A stretch of DNA of 64,000 nt from a virus. Both the position numbers and the translations under genes were made by a program. The notes below the pieces were generated by a model. The model had not been told where the DNA came from, made no database searches, and worked only from the letters and a program-made list of their open reading frames with translations. The DNA is taken from positions 61,947 through 125,946 of the IMG/VR virus record IMGVR_UViG_3300017917_002762. One strand, given 5' to 3'. Positions 31,901 through 40,802 of this stretch are shown piece by piece (the stretch's first letter is position 1; the number at the start of each line of letters is the position of its first letter).

Positions 31901-32147
31901 GTAATGTATATGGAAGATTTTTTTCTATTGTTTCTATAGGATTTGAAGTAGATATAAAAAATTTATTAGGATATGCATCTCTTAATACTCTTTGATTAAA
32001 AGCATATTGTTCAGCTTCTTTTTTAAATTGTTCTTTTGTTTTATTAATAATAGGTCTTTTTACAAATGTATTATCTGATAAAACAGGAGATGTATAGTTA
32101 TATACAACTTCATTTCCTAATTGATATTGATCTAACCATTTTTTCAT
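25998..32147 (-). CDS. Modular putative virion protein (2049 aa): zincin HExxH, LysM and C-terminal N-acetylmuramoyl-L-alanine amidase (Amidase_2)
   Basis: GTIAHEGVHAAQ (~28970-29005). LysM: TYQIQKGDTLSNISNRYNVPLNTLANANNIQNPNLIKSGNKLIIP (~28030-28165). Amidase: VVLHHTA...SHVVIEEDG...FHAG...NDFSIGVEFQG...IITHQMIAPGRKPD (~26150-26530). Ends in TAG. Confidence 0.85.
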   Translation of the reverse strand: MKKWLDQYQLGNEVVYNYTSPVLSDNTFVKRPIINKTKEQFKKEAEQYAFNQRVLRDAYPNKFFISTSNPIETIEKNLPYTLPNGQRKTFDKMNWREKNYVRGNALKQRGKINKLPHALNPVQWVGDIAGNLAQAPYEAQQSNSILPYLTAIATPLVMGRSMGSGSINPISKKFWTNEVSNAEFLNNMALGVPNLIKHPITQNVVKTFLDIPRAENVKEAIGRINGIPLKKDIPRMNPEDVKTFRKVQEIGRLRATNASYAEQMRYGLNNNLPEEHFQKLFGASKEEAQSLLDRGFGRRETAESNNIINRINLQRPPRRTSTPIQTTIDIMNSSPEEISNFAALAGMTEEELINFARSTMPTQNRSDILNRSDILRHTLDNYSSEINTGSRRGRTLIPGQEESRRTLFQTLGDDWNRYVNQKRRTSQIINYKLKNFINKNIQDYPYHPGEVLEKVPDLFLAESGNLKNVSKKVNFAPEGIKSGDVFTGSTNTSHSSYLPQLKQVFKYTKGDPQFLGYKPMNPMGFLSKYGYGADDISKYLNSEIDEQVKRGVIPKDISRPFQKGEHVMLPHYGVKQHKHGGIIKDNRGQWAHPGEITRISGKNITMQNVPYPVLAKANNGMTTMMYPEQDYYFPGANYVDEYPMMQGGGNVAPFITSDINEYKKRKQAYDDSLSLYTSSHPKVNNYLNFIKSNNLLSGVYTPISDEQIKPIRGYSIIMQKNSNGEFLVDKNRRPTNLTRQDLINAGIDRNTATYGVHEYKKPVQQVLYKEKENLNQIPTYNNYSINPKLTNKKIIPQKNYFILQPSGAPVYTKFPDSRLIGYNTSLLPSQIGYYTPEEINKLKQQGIFQEYEDGGEMIKRADGSYSRRGLWDNIRANRGSGKAPTKEMLEQERKIKNSYQGGGTTGKKRGNTILDWWYNLDNVQSTYKMYNDLDPFLKNWYQNSETQKRLKQNLQESFFHQNTNPSQLTSQAINILQNTPTFSRELVKKADVSASDLEYNNELQEWKSPSTFGGNPYFNSHNYITGVSELGSYNPNTKQIIVNSFNLPGTIAHEGVHAAQPLQKAMEDVIDWKYFNKKDSKARFVEQMGISNYNPKTNKFTKETFEEIYKRVPKLYDNVWKKIEKYLNKDGMYPRIMDIRRTLNLKPGQKVDKSILSNDSIYSPLEDLRHYYDDETIINILNTIAKTNNKRPFITAQTGKEVYWRTNKPMVNDPSMDAISKVLLQRNLGKNFMQRAAGFGYQGGIPTKYIPGQDPNSNDISTLLMGSSDNIVYPTIIQTGPEQLSYQPYQTQEYIEAPSWDVADYFATKGYKRAANDMYGMEYQKGGSTYQIQKGDTLSNISNRYNVPLNTLANANNIQNPNLIKSGNKLIIPEKFDRELRFEEIPTTDNKKIIIDNYSPHYDYIIEGNKTYYKTKNGKTWADISDNKIARENLLKFINKNNYWAGYGSNEKQIYLNNTQTNLKSPNTNILQTPFYKYKPTVYENYLSYNPVNNTKKDNKIQSNDLKINPYIITVTDAKNNLFQGDITHGSTLINNKNITQSNSNIFNTIDNSFNYLSDLYTTAENGIKRKFATHTGSDNDVKVKESDKPKTVFEYYNQKYPGEITTINAPGNSGRTYKQQLLPISNVKFGFRNRGDYKDINTDGLEITTFNPFSKNQLPDNTSVLALDKDGNLHTGQYKDFKNNKDYVFSKTFKNNIIDFAESSGKNEYIDGAKSGNPAYKQPKIKVLDDNGKIIDGSLNILVKGDDKKDYYGQVQGGRILFVNPTTKEQYLVSGSVEHIKNEFKRLKGNNKYLEAYTLDNGTYSRGLSYKDKKLTPDRLKAYDLENTSGGNGLYIYDYKQPINKYPETYLQTPNVRTVKDDSYKKGHKLKNEIKNVVLHHTAYTNPLTNEEEVRKQYMSPNANTSHVVIEEDGKRTVYASPEQVTFHAGESKWNNRDNVNDFSIGVEFQGDTNKQPLTQQQIESFIEYYTPIAKKYNLSVKDIITHQMIAPGRKPDISEKEYKRILNYMKSKGYKKQGGQIMAIGGQSTLNPVVKKDNRNWLDFLKN
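31024..31059. repeat. 18-bp tandem duplication (NRSDIL x2) in the 2049-aa gene
   Basis: agaatatcacttctgttt is repeated twice, in frame. Confidence 0.9.
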
Positions 32148-32153
32148 TTTATA

Positions 32154-35100
32154 TTATTTATTTGATATTTGTAATTTTGTATTAATAAATTTAAATAACA
32201 TTTTTATATCATGTTCTGTTATTTTTTCACATTGAGGTGTATTACAAGGATTTTCTTGAGGTATTAAATTATACCCTTTAGGACATTGATAATCATATTT
32301 ATAAAATGATGTTTTACCTTTTGTACTAAACAATATATTTAAACTGTTATCTGATGTTGCAGATATTATTTCACTATTTGTATTGTTATATATTTCAGCA
32401 GCAAACATTCCAGGATTACCTAAATCCATAGCTTCAAGAGATATTTTATGTACACCAGCTGTTAATGTTACAGGAACAATTAAAAATAACTGATATGGTC
32501 CAGCAATTGAAGATTCAAATATAGAATTTGCTGGACAAGTTGGACATAAAGGATTTAATGAACTAAATGAAGGTTGTAATGTATAATTTTTAATAACTTC
32601 ATAAGGATCAATTATTCCTGTTATTGAATTTGGTGTTGTAGATTCTAAAGATAAAATAATATTATTATCTAATTTTAATCTGTATAAATTATCAGCAGCT
32701 ACGCCTATATAATAAGTTTTATCTGCATCCACTGTAAAACATTCTTCAAAACCTATCCATGTATTTATAGGAGAACTATTACTCCAAACAGCAATATCAT
32801 TAATTTTTTGTTTCCAATAATTAGTTGATAATATATTAATATTATTTATTATTCCATTATAAGAAATACTAGGTGCTAATGCTGCCCCAAATTTACCCCA
32901 ACTTATATATTTAACAGGTATTAAATTATAATTAGTAGGTGGTGTTGCAGGAATACTTTCTACAGGTGGTGGTGTATTTTTTCTTAATAATACTTTATTT
33001 ATATTATGTCTAAATTTTTTATGTTGTATTGCACTTTTATAATAATCAACTGCACTTGGATTTATGTACCAAACATATCCATTATCTAATGTAACAATTA
33101 AATTATTTTTAACATTAGTAAATTCACCTCTATCTTTTGTTATATCATAAAATTGATTTAATCTATATTTTTGTTCTTCTTTTGAAAATAAAATTTCAGT
33201 AGAACCTGTAGGATTAATAATAGGATAATTAAGATATACAAATGGATTATTTTTTGGTTTTATATTTAAATTTAATAAACCAGAAATTTGTTCTGAATTA
33301 TAAACAATTGCAGAATCAAAATTATAATCTAATACGTGAAATTTATCTTGACCATTATTATTGTATTTATAAGCTTCTAAATAATATTCAATGTTTTTAA
33401 TAGTTGTAATTTCAGATCCTGTAGATACAACATATTCTATTTCAAATGGATAATTTTTATTGTAAAAATTACAATAACTATCCCATCTATTATTATGTTT
33501 CCACAATGAACTATTTTTACCACATTCATTATAAGAAGTTAAAAAATGTGTTTTAGATGGTAACATAAATGTAGGATGCCAATCATGAAAACTTAACCAT
33601 TGTTTATTTTTTAAATCATAAGATATGGTCCAAGAAACATCTTTAAAATAAGTTGTATCACAAGTTTTAATTGGTATATAATTTACTTGTTGAATTGGTG
33701 GTTGTGTTACCTCTACAGGTGTTAATGAAATAGTATCTAAAATTGTAGAGCTATTTACATAAGTTTCTCCAGGGACAAATGTTTTATTTGGTGCTAAAGT
33801 AGCATCATAATCATAACTTGTATAACTAATATTAGAATTATCAGAACGATATGTTGTAAAAATAGGATTTAAATCATCTAAAGATGTTGCATTTATTAAA
33901 TCATTTAAAGTATTATTTAAAACCATTATACCACTTTGAGCTAATGCTTTAAATGTTATAGTATGTTTACCAGCAGATAATGTTATTGGAAAAATATGTA
34001 AAAAAGAATTATAAAAATTACGAGCATCAAATCCTGAATAAATTGAAGTTGGAAATAATAAATTCATTTTTGAATTAATAAAATCACTAATTCCTAAATT
34101 AATTATTTCTTTATTATCTACAAGAAGTATGATTCTATTAGTATCTGTTATTTCATTACCTGAACATAATGCTACATAATAAGTAACTTCATTTTCTAAA
34201 TTTAAAAAAACATTATATATAGGGTTTTTAATATTTGCATGTTCTCTCATTAATTTTTTAACAACATTATTTGGATCTGGATAAGTTACATTTTCATTTA
34301 TCCAAAATCTATTTATTTTTCCTATATTAGTAAATGTTCCAAATCCATTTAAAAGAGGAGTTGTTGATAAATTATCATTAAAATTATTATCATAAACTAA
34401 TGTTCCAAATTTAGTCCAACTGTTTGTTGTAGTATTATTTTCAACGTTTCTTAATGTATTATTAAATGTTACTAAATTAACTTGAGTATTTTGATATTTA
34501 ACACATTCACAAATAGTACTATTAACATTATAAACAGGAACATAACCTTCAAGACAAGCTGTATTTAATAAAGATTGTTTATTAATATTACTAGTAATAT
34601 TTGTAGGTATAACAAAACCAACACCAGAAATATATTGTATATCTTCTCTTAAAGGAATGTAGTCTTTTTTAGTTATATAAACTATTTCATTAGTATTATC
34701 GTAAGTAGTAATTACACCAGCACCTTCTACAGTGTTATCATGTTCTGTAAAATTTGGAAAATATTTTTTAAGATTACTTGGTAAATATCTGCTAAACCAC
34801 CATTTCATTCCAGAATTAGATATTTCATTTAAAGAACCACCCCATAAAAATACTTTACCTTGATCTTGACTTACATAAAAAACACCTTGAGGTGTACTAA
34901 CAACACTTCTTGCATTTTGACAAGAACCATATTCAAAAATTTCATCTGAATTAACTTGACTTTGTAAAGGTTGATTAAATAATCCACCATCACCAATTGT
35001 TACTTTGGTTCCAGCATCTGTTTCCATTGTATCAACACCCACCATACTTAATGGAGATTTATTTTCCATTAATATTATAGCACCTGTTTTATTAATTTGT

Positions 35101-38100
35101 TTTACAGTGTTTACAATAGCTGGAAAATCTTTATAATTATTTGCTAAATAAACAACCCAATTATCTTTTTTTAATTCTTGTGCTTGAGGTAAAGAATAAT
35201 TAATTCTTCTTGGATAATAAGAATAACACGTTTCTGCTTTACTAGGATCAAAAGATCTTGGTAAAACATATCCCCAATTTACATATTGATTGTAAAGTTT
35301 ACTTGCTGATAATGAATAATCGTATTTAAATACTTCAGGATATTTAATATTATCACTTCTAAACATTAAATCTAAAGATGCATTGTCACTTGTATAAGGT
35401 ATATAAGATTGATTGTTAGCATCTTCCACCCAATCTCTATATCCAACATTAACTTCTGATTCTACATAAAAATTTCTAATTCCATTATATGAAACAAAGA
35501 ACGAACCTTTTTCTACATGTATGCTAAAATTAATATTATTAAAACCTATAGAGCTACCTGAAGTTTCATTATATAAATTTCTGTAACTATTAACATTTTC
35601 AAATATGTTACCAAAACCCACAATCATTCTTTCATTATTTACATAATATCTTACATTAGGTATGTTTTGATATTTTCTATAATCGTATTGATAATCATTA
35701 GGTTGTTGAAATAACCAATCATTAAAAAACGTAAAGTTATTTTTTTCAGTATATCTATTAATATAAATATCTCCTGAAAATAATAAATCAGAAGTTGTAT
35801 TATTTGTTTCTTGAACACAACTTGTTATAGGTATTTGTCTAATAGAATCTATTTGACCATATTGACTTGTTAAATTTAATTTTATAGCAGCATATTTAGA
35901 TACTAAATTTGAATAATACGTGTTACCTGTTTCTCCTAATAAAATAGATTTTTCAGGTGAAGTTGATAAATTACTATCTGTTTTTAATAAAACATATTTA
36001 TTTCTATATAAATTATTAACTAATTTACCATTAAATGAATAAACACCATCTTTTATATAACTATAATTGTTTACACTTAATTGTTGTGTACTAGCTTTAT
36101 ATGTATTATAATTACCAATCGAATCCATTTGAACAGCATATTGTCTAAATGGTGCTAGATTTTTAAATATCTCTAATAATTTTTGTTTTATTACTGGAAG
36201 CATTGCTGTATTATATGCAGTTATAGCGACAGCCTGAGCTATCCATAATGCAGTTGTAGCAATATTTTGTAAAGTAATAGAAGGATCAGCAGGTGAACTA
36301 TTATTTAATAATAATGGTGGTAATGGAGCAATTGTACTAGAAAAAGGTAAATCACTAGATGCTGCTAAAGTAGTTGAAAAAACAGGAGTGCCAGAAAAAG
36401 TACTAGCATAATTTAATAAATTTAATATATTAATTAAATTATTAGCAAAATTATTTAATAGTCTAAATTGAGGATGTTTATAAACTTCTTTAAAATTACC
36501 ATTTGCTTCTCCCATAATATCTAAATAAACTTTTAAATCACACTTTCCTAAAAAAGGTTGATTAAAAGTTGTATCTGGAGAATGAAATGATAAATAATCT
36601 TGTTTTAAAGAAAAAGAAGTGTTATAAAAAGGATCATTAGAATTAGAATCGTTATAAGGATAGTTTTGAAATAAACTATTATCATTATTATAACTCTTCA
36701 TATTATTAACCATACCCTTAGCAATAATAGATTTATTACCTTCTCTCGAACCTCTTAATATTTCATATCCTACTATTCCAGGAATTAAAGGACTTAATGG
36801 ATTATGAGGATCTTTTCTAGGAGGGTTAATATTTTCAAATTTAATTCCTAATACATTAATTGTATCATCAGAGTTAAAATGTGGAAGTACATCATTAGAA
36901 GGAAATCTATGATGCACTATATTTTGACCGCACAAATTATATAAATTATTAGAAACCAATGATGAATTCCAAATTAATGGTTTATCATCAGGATATTTTT
37001 CTGTTGATGTATATGATAATGTATAACCTTCTTTAGTAATTATACCACCATCAGGTAATGTTTGATTAAGATTAACAGCATTAGTAAAACTACTTATACA
37101 AGGTATATGATAACTTGCTGATTTATCACCTGTATTGTACACCCACCTAATAAAAAATGAATATACTTCATCGCGCATATAACCAACATTAGCACCACCT
37201 TTATTATAGTAGTTGCCTGGATATTTAACATTAACCCATTTAGCTCTAATATAATTAGCAATAGGTTGATAATTTATTTCAGGTTTTGTAGATGGACCAA
37301 TTCTTAAAGCATAATTATTAACAGCAGATATTTTATCAGAACTTTCAATAACTGGAGTTTGTAATGGTATATATTCTATAGGTATAGATATAAGAGCATT
37401 ATTTAAACTATCAATATAAATTGAAGATTGTCTTGTTGAATAAATACCTAATCTTTTTGCATAAACTTGACCATTAGTATTAGCAATAACCACAACTTCT
37501 ATTTCTGAATAATCTCCATCTAAATTAGATAATTCAAGATTTAAACCACCAGCAGTACCAGAATGATCCCAAATAGAAACAGCATTAGATATTTGTAAAT
37601 AATCTGTAATTTTAATTTCATTAACCATATAAGCTACAGCAACTTGATATGTACCATTCATTAATGTTCCTGTATTTCCTTTTGTTAATGATAAACATGG
37701 TACACTTAGTAAAGGAGCTATTCTTAATTTTTCACAATCTAATTGATTTGTTGGAACACATGTTACACAATTATTAGTTGTTGTACAATTCTGTACCCAA
37801 GGTATATTATTTATATCTAAAACTCTATCAGGATTACGTCTTCCATCAGACCAATATACTTTTTTAGAACAATCAAATGTTTTTCTAAAAACACCTGTAA
37901 TTAAATTTTTAGTATTAAAATTTAAACATGGGCTATTTACTAATTTAGTATAAGTACAATTTAATTCTTTAAATAAACCTATTTCTGAATCTGTGTTATT
38001 TGTAGTAAATAATACCCATTCATCATCATCTGTTGAAATACAACCAATTAATGTATATGGTAAATCAATACAATGTAAATTAGAAGGTTCGTTTCCTATA

Positions 38101-38252
38101 ACACCAACATTACCATCATGAGAATTATTAACTAAATTTCTAGCATGAGTCCAAATACCTTCTCCAATATAAGAATCATTAGTATCTTTAATCATTCCTT
38201 TAGTAAAGGAATTTGTTTTTTGAGGTATATTATTAGTATTATTATTTTCCAT
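32154..38252 (-). CDS. Tail stabilisation/muzzle protein (crAss-like, P22 gp10-like position), about 2033 aa, with two inserted paralogous beta-sandwich modules
   Basis: N-terminal SFTKGMIKD...ARNLVN...GVIGNEPSN; later GYMRDEVYSFFIRW, GYEILRG, FSGDIYINR and WLSFHDW motifs characteristic of this protein class. ATG at 38252 is preferred over the track's TTG at 38264. Confidence 0.7.
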   Translation of the reverse strand: MENNNTNNIPQKTNSFTKGMIKDTNDSYIGEGIWTHARNLVNNSHDGNVGVIGNEPSNLHCIDLPYTLIGCISTDDDEWVLFTTNNTDSEIGLFKELNCTYTKLVNSPCLNFNTKNLITGVFRKTFDCSKKVYWSDGRRNPDRVLDINNIPWVQNCTTTNNCVTCVPTNQLDCEKLRIAPLLSVPCLSLTKGNTGTLMNGTYQVAVAYMVNEIKITDYLQISNAVSIWDHSGTAGGLNLELSNLDGDYSEIEVVVIANTNGQVYAKRLGIYSTRQSSIYIDSLNNALISIPIEYIPLQTPVIESSDKISAVNNYALRIGPSTKPEINYQPIANYIRAKWVNVKYPGNYYNKGGANVGYMRDEVYSFFIRWVYNTGDKSASYHIPCISSFTNAVNLNQTLPDGGIITKEGYTLSYTSTEKYPDDKPLIWNSSLVSNNLYNLCGQNIVHHRFPSNDVLPHFNSDDTINVLGIKFENINPPRKDPHNPLSPLIPGIVGYEILRGSREGNKSIIAKGMVNNMKSYNNDNSLFQNYPYNDSNSNDPFYNTSFSLKQDYLSFHSPDTTFNQPFLGKCDLKVYLDIMGEANGNFKEVYKHPQFRLLNNFANNLINILNLLNYASTFSGTPVFSTTLAASSDLPFSSTIAPLPPLLLNNSSPADPSITLQNIATTALWIAQAVAITAYNTAMLPVIKQKLLEIFKNLAPFRQYAVQMDSIGNYNTYKASTQQLSVNNYSYIKDGVYSFNGKLVNNLYRNKYVLLKTDSNLSTSPEKSILLGETGNTYYSNLVSKYAAIKLNLTSQYGQIDSIRQIPITSCVQETNNTTSDLLFSGDIYINRYTEKNNFTFFNDWLFQQPNDYQYDYRKYQNIPNVRYYVNNERMIVGFGNIFENVNSYRNLYNETSGSSIGFNNINFSIHVEKGSFFVSYNGIRNFYVESEVNVGYRDWVEDANNQSYIPYTSDNASLDLMFRSDNIKYPEVFKYDYSLSASKLYNQYVNWGYVLPRSFDPSKAETCYSYYPRRINYSLPQAQELKKDNWVVYLANNYKDFPAIVNTVKQINKTGAIILMENKSPLSMVGVDTMETDAGTKVTIGDGGLFNQPLQSQVNSDEIFEYGSCQNARSVVSTPQGVFYVSQDQGKVFLWGGSLNEISNSGMKWWFSRYLPSNLKKYFPNFTEHDNTVEGAGVITTYDNTNEIVYITKKDYIPLREDIQYISGVGFVIPTNITSNINKQSLLNTACLEGYVPVYNVNSTICECVKYQNTQVNLVTFNNTLRNVENNTTTNSWTKFGTLVYDNNFNDNLSTTPLLNGFGTFTNIGKINRFWINENVTYPDPNNVVKKLMREHANIKNPIYNVFLNLENEVTYYVALCSGNEITDTNRIILLVDNKEIINLGISDFINSKMNLLFPTSIYSGFDARNFYNSFLHIFPITLSAGKHTITFKALAQSGIMVLNNTLNDLINATSLDDLNPIFTTYRSDNSNISYTSYDYDATLAPNKTFVPGETYVNSSTILDTISLTPVEVTQPPIQQVNYIPIKTCDTTYFKDVSWTISYDLKNKQWLSFHDWHPTFMLPSKTHFLTSYNECGKNSSLWKHNNRWDSYCNFYNKNYPFEIEYVVSTGSEITTIKNIEYYLEAYKYNNNGQDKFHVLDYNFDSAIVYNSEQISGLLNLNIKPKNNPFVYLNYPIINPTGSTEILFSKEEQKYRLNQFYDITKDRGEFTNVKNNLIVTLDNGYVWYINPSAVDYYKSAIQHKKFRHNINKVLLRKNTPPPVESIPATPPTNYNLIPVKYISWGKFGAALAPSISYNGIINNINILSTNYWKQKINDIAVWSNSSPINTWIGFEECFTVDADKTYYIGVAADNLYRLKLDNNIILSLESTTPNSITGIIDPYEVIKNYTLQPSFSSLNPLCPTCPANSIFESSIAGPYQLFLIVPVTLTAGVHKISLEAMDLGNPGMFAAEIYNNTNSEIISATSDNSLNILFSTKGKTSFYKYDYQCPKGYNLIPQENPCNTPQCEKITEHDIKMLFKFINTKLQISNK

Positions 38253-38604
38253 TTCCAATTTCAATTTTTTTTGATTTTATAAAATCATATATTTTTTCTG
38301 TTATATACCCACATAACCAAGCTCTTGTTTCTTCATCATCAATATCTCTATCTGCTGTTATCATTGTAGCTGCATGATATATTTCATGGGCAATTGTATT
38401 ATGAGTTAAATATTTTTTATCAATTAATAAATAATAAATTAAACCATTTACAGATACAAAAATACCTTCTAATTCTATTATTTCATTATTTTTTAATTTA
38501 TGTTTTTTATATATATTAGATATATCTTGACTTATATTATCTGTTACAATAAATTTTAATTTACAACTAAATGTATTAATAGAAATTAATTTTGATAAAG
38601 ACAT
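38242..38604 (-). CDS. Small zincin-like metallopeptidase (120 aa)
   Basis: TIAHEIYHAA (HExxH) followed by DEETRAWLCGY (downstream Glu ligand pattern E..AwL.gy). Confidence 0.7.
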   Translation of the reverse strand: MSLSKLISINTFSCKLKFIVTDNISQDISNIYKKHKLKNNEIIELEGIFVSVNGLIYYLLIDKKYLTHNTIAHEIYHAATMITADRDIDDEETRAWLCGYITEKIYDFIKSKKIEIGNGK

Positions 38605-38607
38605 ATT

Positions 38608-39477
38608 TTAATAATAATAAAATGATTTAAACATGTTATAATATTTACCATACATTGCTTCTCTGTTTAATTTCCATAAATTATACATTTCTTGAAAATC
38701 TGGAGTATTAACAATTGATAAAGCATTGTTTCTTGCAGGTCTTACTCTTTGTTCTATTAATTGTAATTTAACAGAAACATCCTCATTATTCATCAATAAG
38801 TTCTCAAGAATACGTTGTTTTATAGAATACTCATAATAATCATTAATCATAGGATGATCTAAAACAAGAAGGTTTCCTTGATCATCTTCCATGTTTCCTA
38901 AATAATTTAAATAAACTGTACCTGTATCTATTCCTGTTATATATAAATAATTACCTTTTAATTCTGCTTCTAACCAATCATTATAACTACCTGATTTTTG
39001 AGAACATATAGGATCAACTGCTTTAGCAGGTCTTACATATAATCTTTTAAATTGTGTATATTCTCTTGTTACATAATTTTTTTTATGAATAACTTTAATA
39101 TATTTATTTTCACAAGTAGTAACTACTAAATCACAATTACAACTTGTAGATAATTCATTACAAGTTGTACAAACTGTTGTATATACATCTTCAGTATGAG
39201 TTCCTTGTAATGCTTCTTCTTTTACTTTATATTCAGCACATAGTAATACCATAGTTAAAACATAAAAATCATCAGGAAGTCTTACTTTACCATTAGAAAC
39301 TTCCAAAATTTTTTGTTTTTCTGTGTGTATTCTTAAACCAAGATCATAATTAATTTTTTGTGCAATTTTAATTAATTGTGCTGGTTCAATCATACCTTCT
39401 GCTTCATATACATAAAAGTCATCTCTTACAGATTCCATTAATTCATCAAAAGTTCTATATTGAATTTGTGTTTTCAT
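38608..39477 (-). CDS. Putative tail ring/adaptor protein (289 aa)
   Basis: Position next to the muzzle gene; YRTFDELMESV...V.LPDDFY...YLNY...LLVLDHP...YYEY pattern like crAss-like ring proteins. Confidence 0.55.
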   Translation of the reverse strand: MKTQIQYRTFDELMESVRDDFYVYEAEGMIEPAQLIKIAQKINYDLGLRIHTEKQKILEVSNGKVRLPDDFYVLTMVLLCAEYKVKEEALQGTHTEDVYTTVCTTCNELSTSCNCDLVVTTCENKYIKVIHKKNYVTREYTQFKRLYVRPAKAVDPICSQKSGSYNDWLEAELKGNYLYITGIDTGTVYLNYLGNMEDDQGNLLVLDHPMINDYYEYSIKQRILENLLMNNEDVSVKLQLIEQRVRPARNNALSIVNTPDFQEMYNLWKLNREAMYGKYYNMFKSFYYY

Positions 39478-40157
39478 TATCGTAATACGTTTTTATTATC
39501 TTGTAAATTATCCATAGGAATTTGCATTTGTATAGATAAATCTTTCAATACATTAGATTCAATTTCTCCATATAAATAATCAGGAATGTTAATAGTTTGT
39601 TCTTGTCTTGGTTTACAATAAAATTCAGAAGAAGGACAATCAGCACATTTGTAAGATGATATATCATCTTCAAACACACCTTCTATTCTTACAGTTTTCC
39701 AAATTAAATTAGGAAAATATAAATAATCATTTAAATACCAATAATATTGTGTTTTATTATATTTAAAAGATTTTGATTTAGTCATACTAATATATTGAGA
39801 TGGCATTGTAGGTTGTAAGTTAATTTGACCATCTATAGAAGTTACTTGTCTAATTAATGGTCCCCAATATCCTTGCATAAAAACTGGAATTTTTTCTTTT
39901 GTTCTCATCATTTTAATTCCACTTTTTAAACCTATACAATTAGCTTCTACATTATCAATTTCTATTAATTCAACATTATCTAATGTTTGCATAATAGAAC
40001 TAAATTGCATTAATTTATTTTTACTATCTTCACGTTTCATTAACCATTTAGCGTGTTTAGTATATATGCTATATATATACCTATCAGTTATAAAAGCTTC
40101 TTGACGTAAAGCTTTTATTTGACCACGTATTCTAGAAATAACTTCACTTATTTTCAT
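39477..40157 (-). CDS. Putative tail ring protein (226 aa)
   Basis: MKISEVISRIR...FITDRYIYS...YYWYLNDYLYFPN...VRIEGVFED; TAATG stop/start overlap with the next gene at 39475-39479. Confidence 0.55.
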   Translation of the reverse strand: MKISEVISRIRGQIKALRQEAFITDRYIYSIYTKHAKWLMKREDSKNKLMQFSSIMQTLDNVELIEIDNVEANCIGLKSGIKMMRTKEKIPVFMQGYWGPLIRQVTSIDGQINLQPTMPSQYISMTKSKSFKYNKTQYYWYLNDYLYFPNLIWKTVRIEGVFEDDISSYKCADCPSSEFYCKPRQEQTINIPDYLYGEIESNVLKDLSIQMQIPMDNLQDNKNVLR

Positions 40158-40163
40158 GTTAAT

Positions 40164-40745
40164 TTAATTTAAATCAAATTCATCATAATCATTTAATAAT
40201 AAATCTGTTTCTATTTTTAATTTATCTTTTTTTATTGAACTCCTAAATATTTTAGAAATTTTTACATAATTATCAACAATTACATATTTCTTCCAATTAA
40301 TAGGATATTCTTTACTAACTTTTCTTTTAAAATCTCTAACTGCTTTAAATCCCCAATATTGATGATATTTAAATTTATATTTAGTTTCATAATTTGTATA
40401 AAAAATTTTAGCAGTGTATTGATCAGATTCCCAATTTTGATGTTGAATTTTAACACCATAATCTATAGATTTTTTATTATCAGGATTGTCATTCTTTTTT
40501 TTCTGACAAGTTCCTATAAATATATAACCTAATTGTTCTAATAATTCAACACCATCTCTTTTTTCAATAACAGATTCCCAAATATTATTATTAAACATTT
40601 TAATAACTTCTTTAATCTGGTTATTTGTTAAATCTTTACAATTTTCATTTTTTTCTTTAATTTTATTACAAAAATTTACATTTAATAAATTATATCTTTT
40701 TGGTCTAAATCTTGGAGCATTTAAATCTGGCTTATTAAAAATCAT
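40164..40745 (-). CDS. IHF/HU-like DNA-binding protein (193 aa)
   Basis: IKEVIKMFNNNIWESVIEKRDGVELLEQLGYIFI helix-helix-strand pattern, basic composition. IHF-like genes occupy this position in crAss-like structural modules. Confidence 0.55.
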   Translation of the reverse strand: MIFNKPDLNAPRFRPKRYNLLNVNFCNKIKEKNENCKDLTNNQIKEVIKMFNNNIWESVIEKRDGVELLEQLGYIFIGTCQKKKNDNPDNKKSIDYGVKIQHQNWESDQYTAKIFYTNYETKYKFKYHQYWGFKAVRDFKRKVSKEYPINWKKYVIVDNYVKISKIFRSSIKKDKLKIETDLLLNDYDEFDLN

Positions 40746-40802
40746 ATTCTATATAATAATTTACAAATATTTTTACTTTTTTCCTATTCAAACTTTTAAT
40801 AT

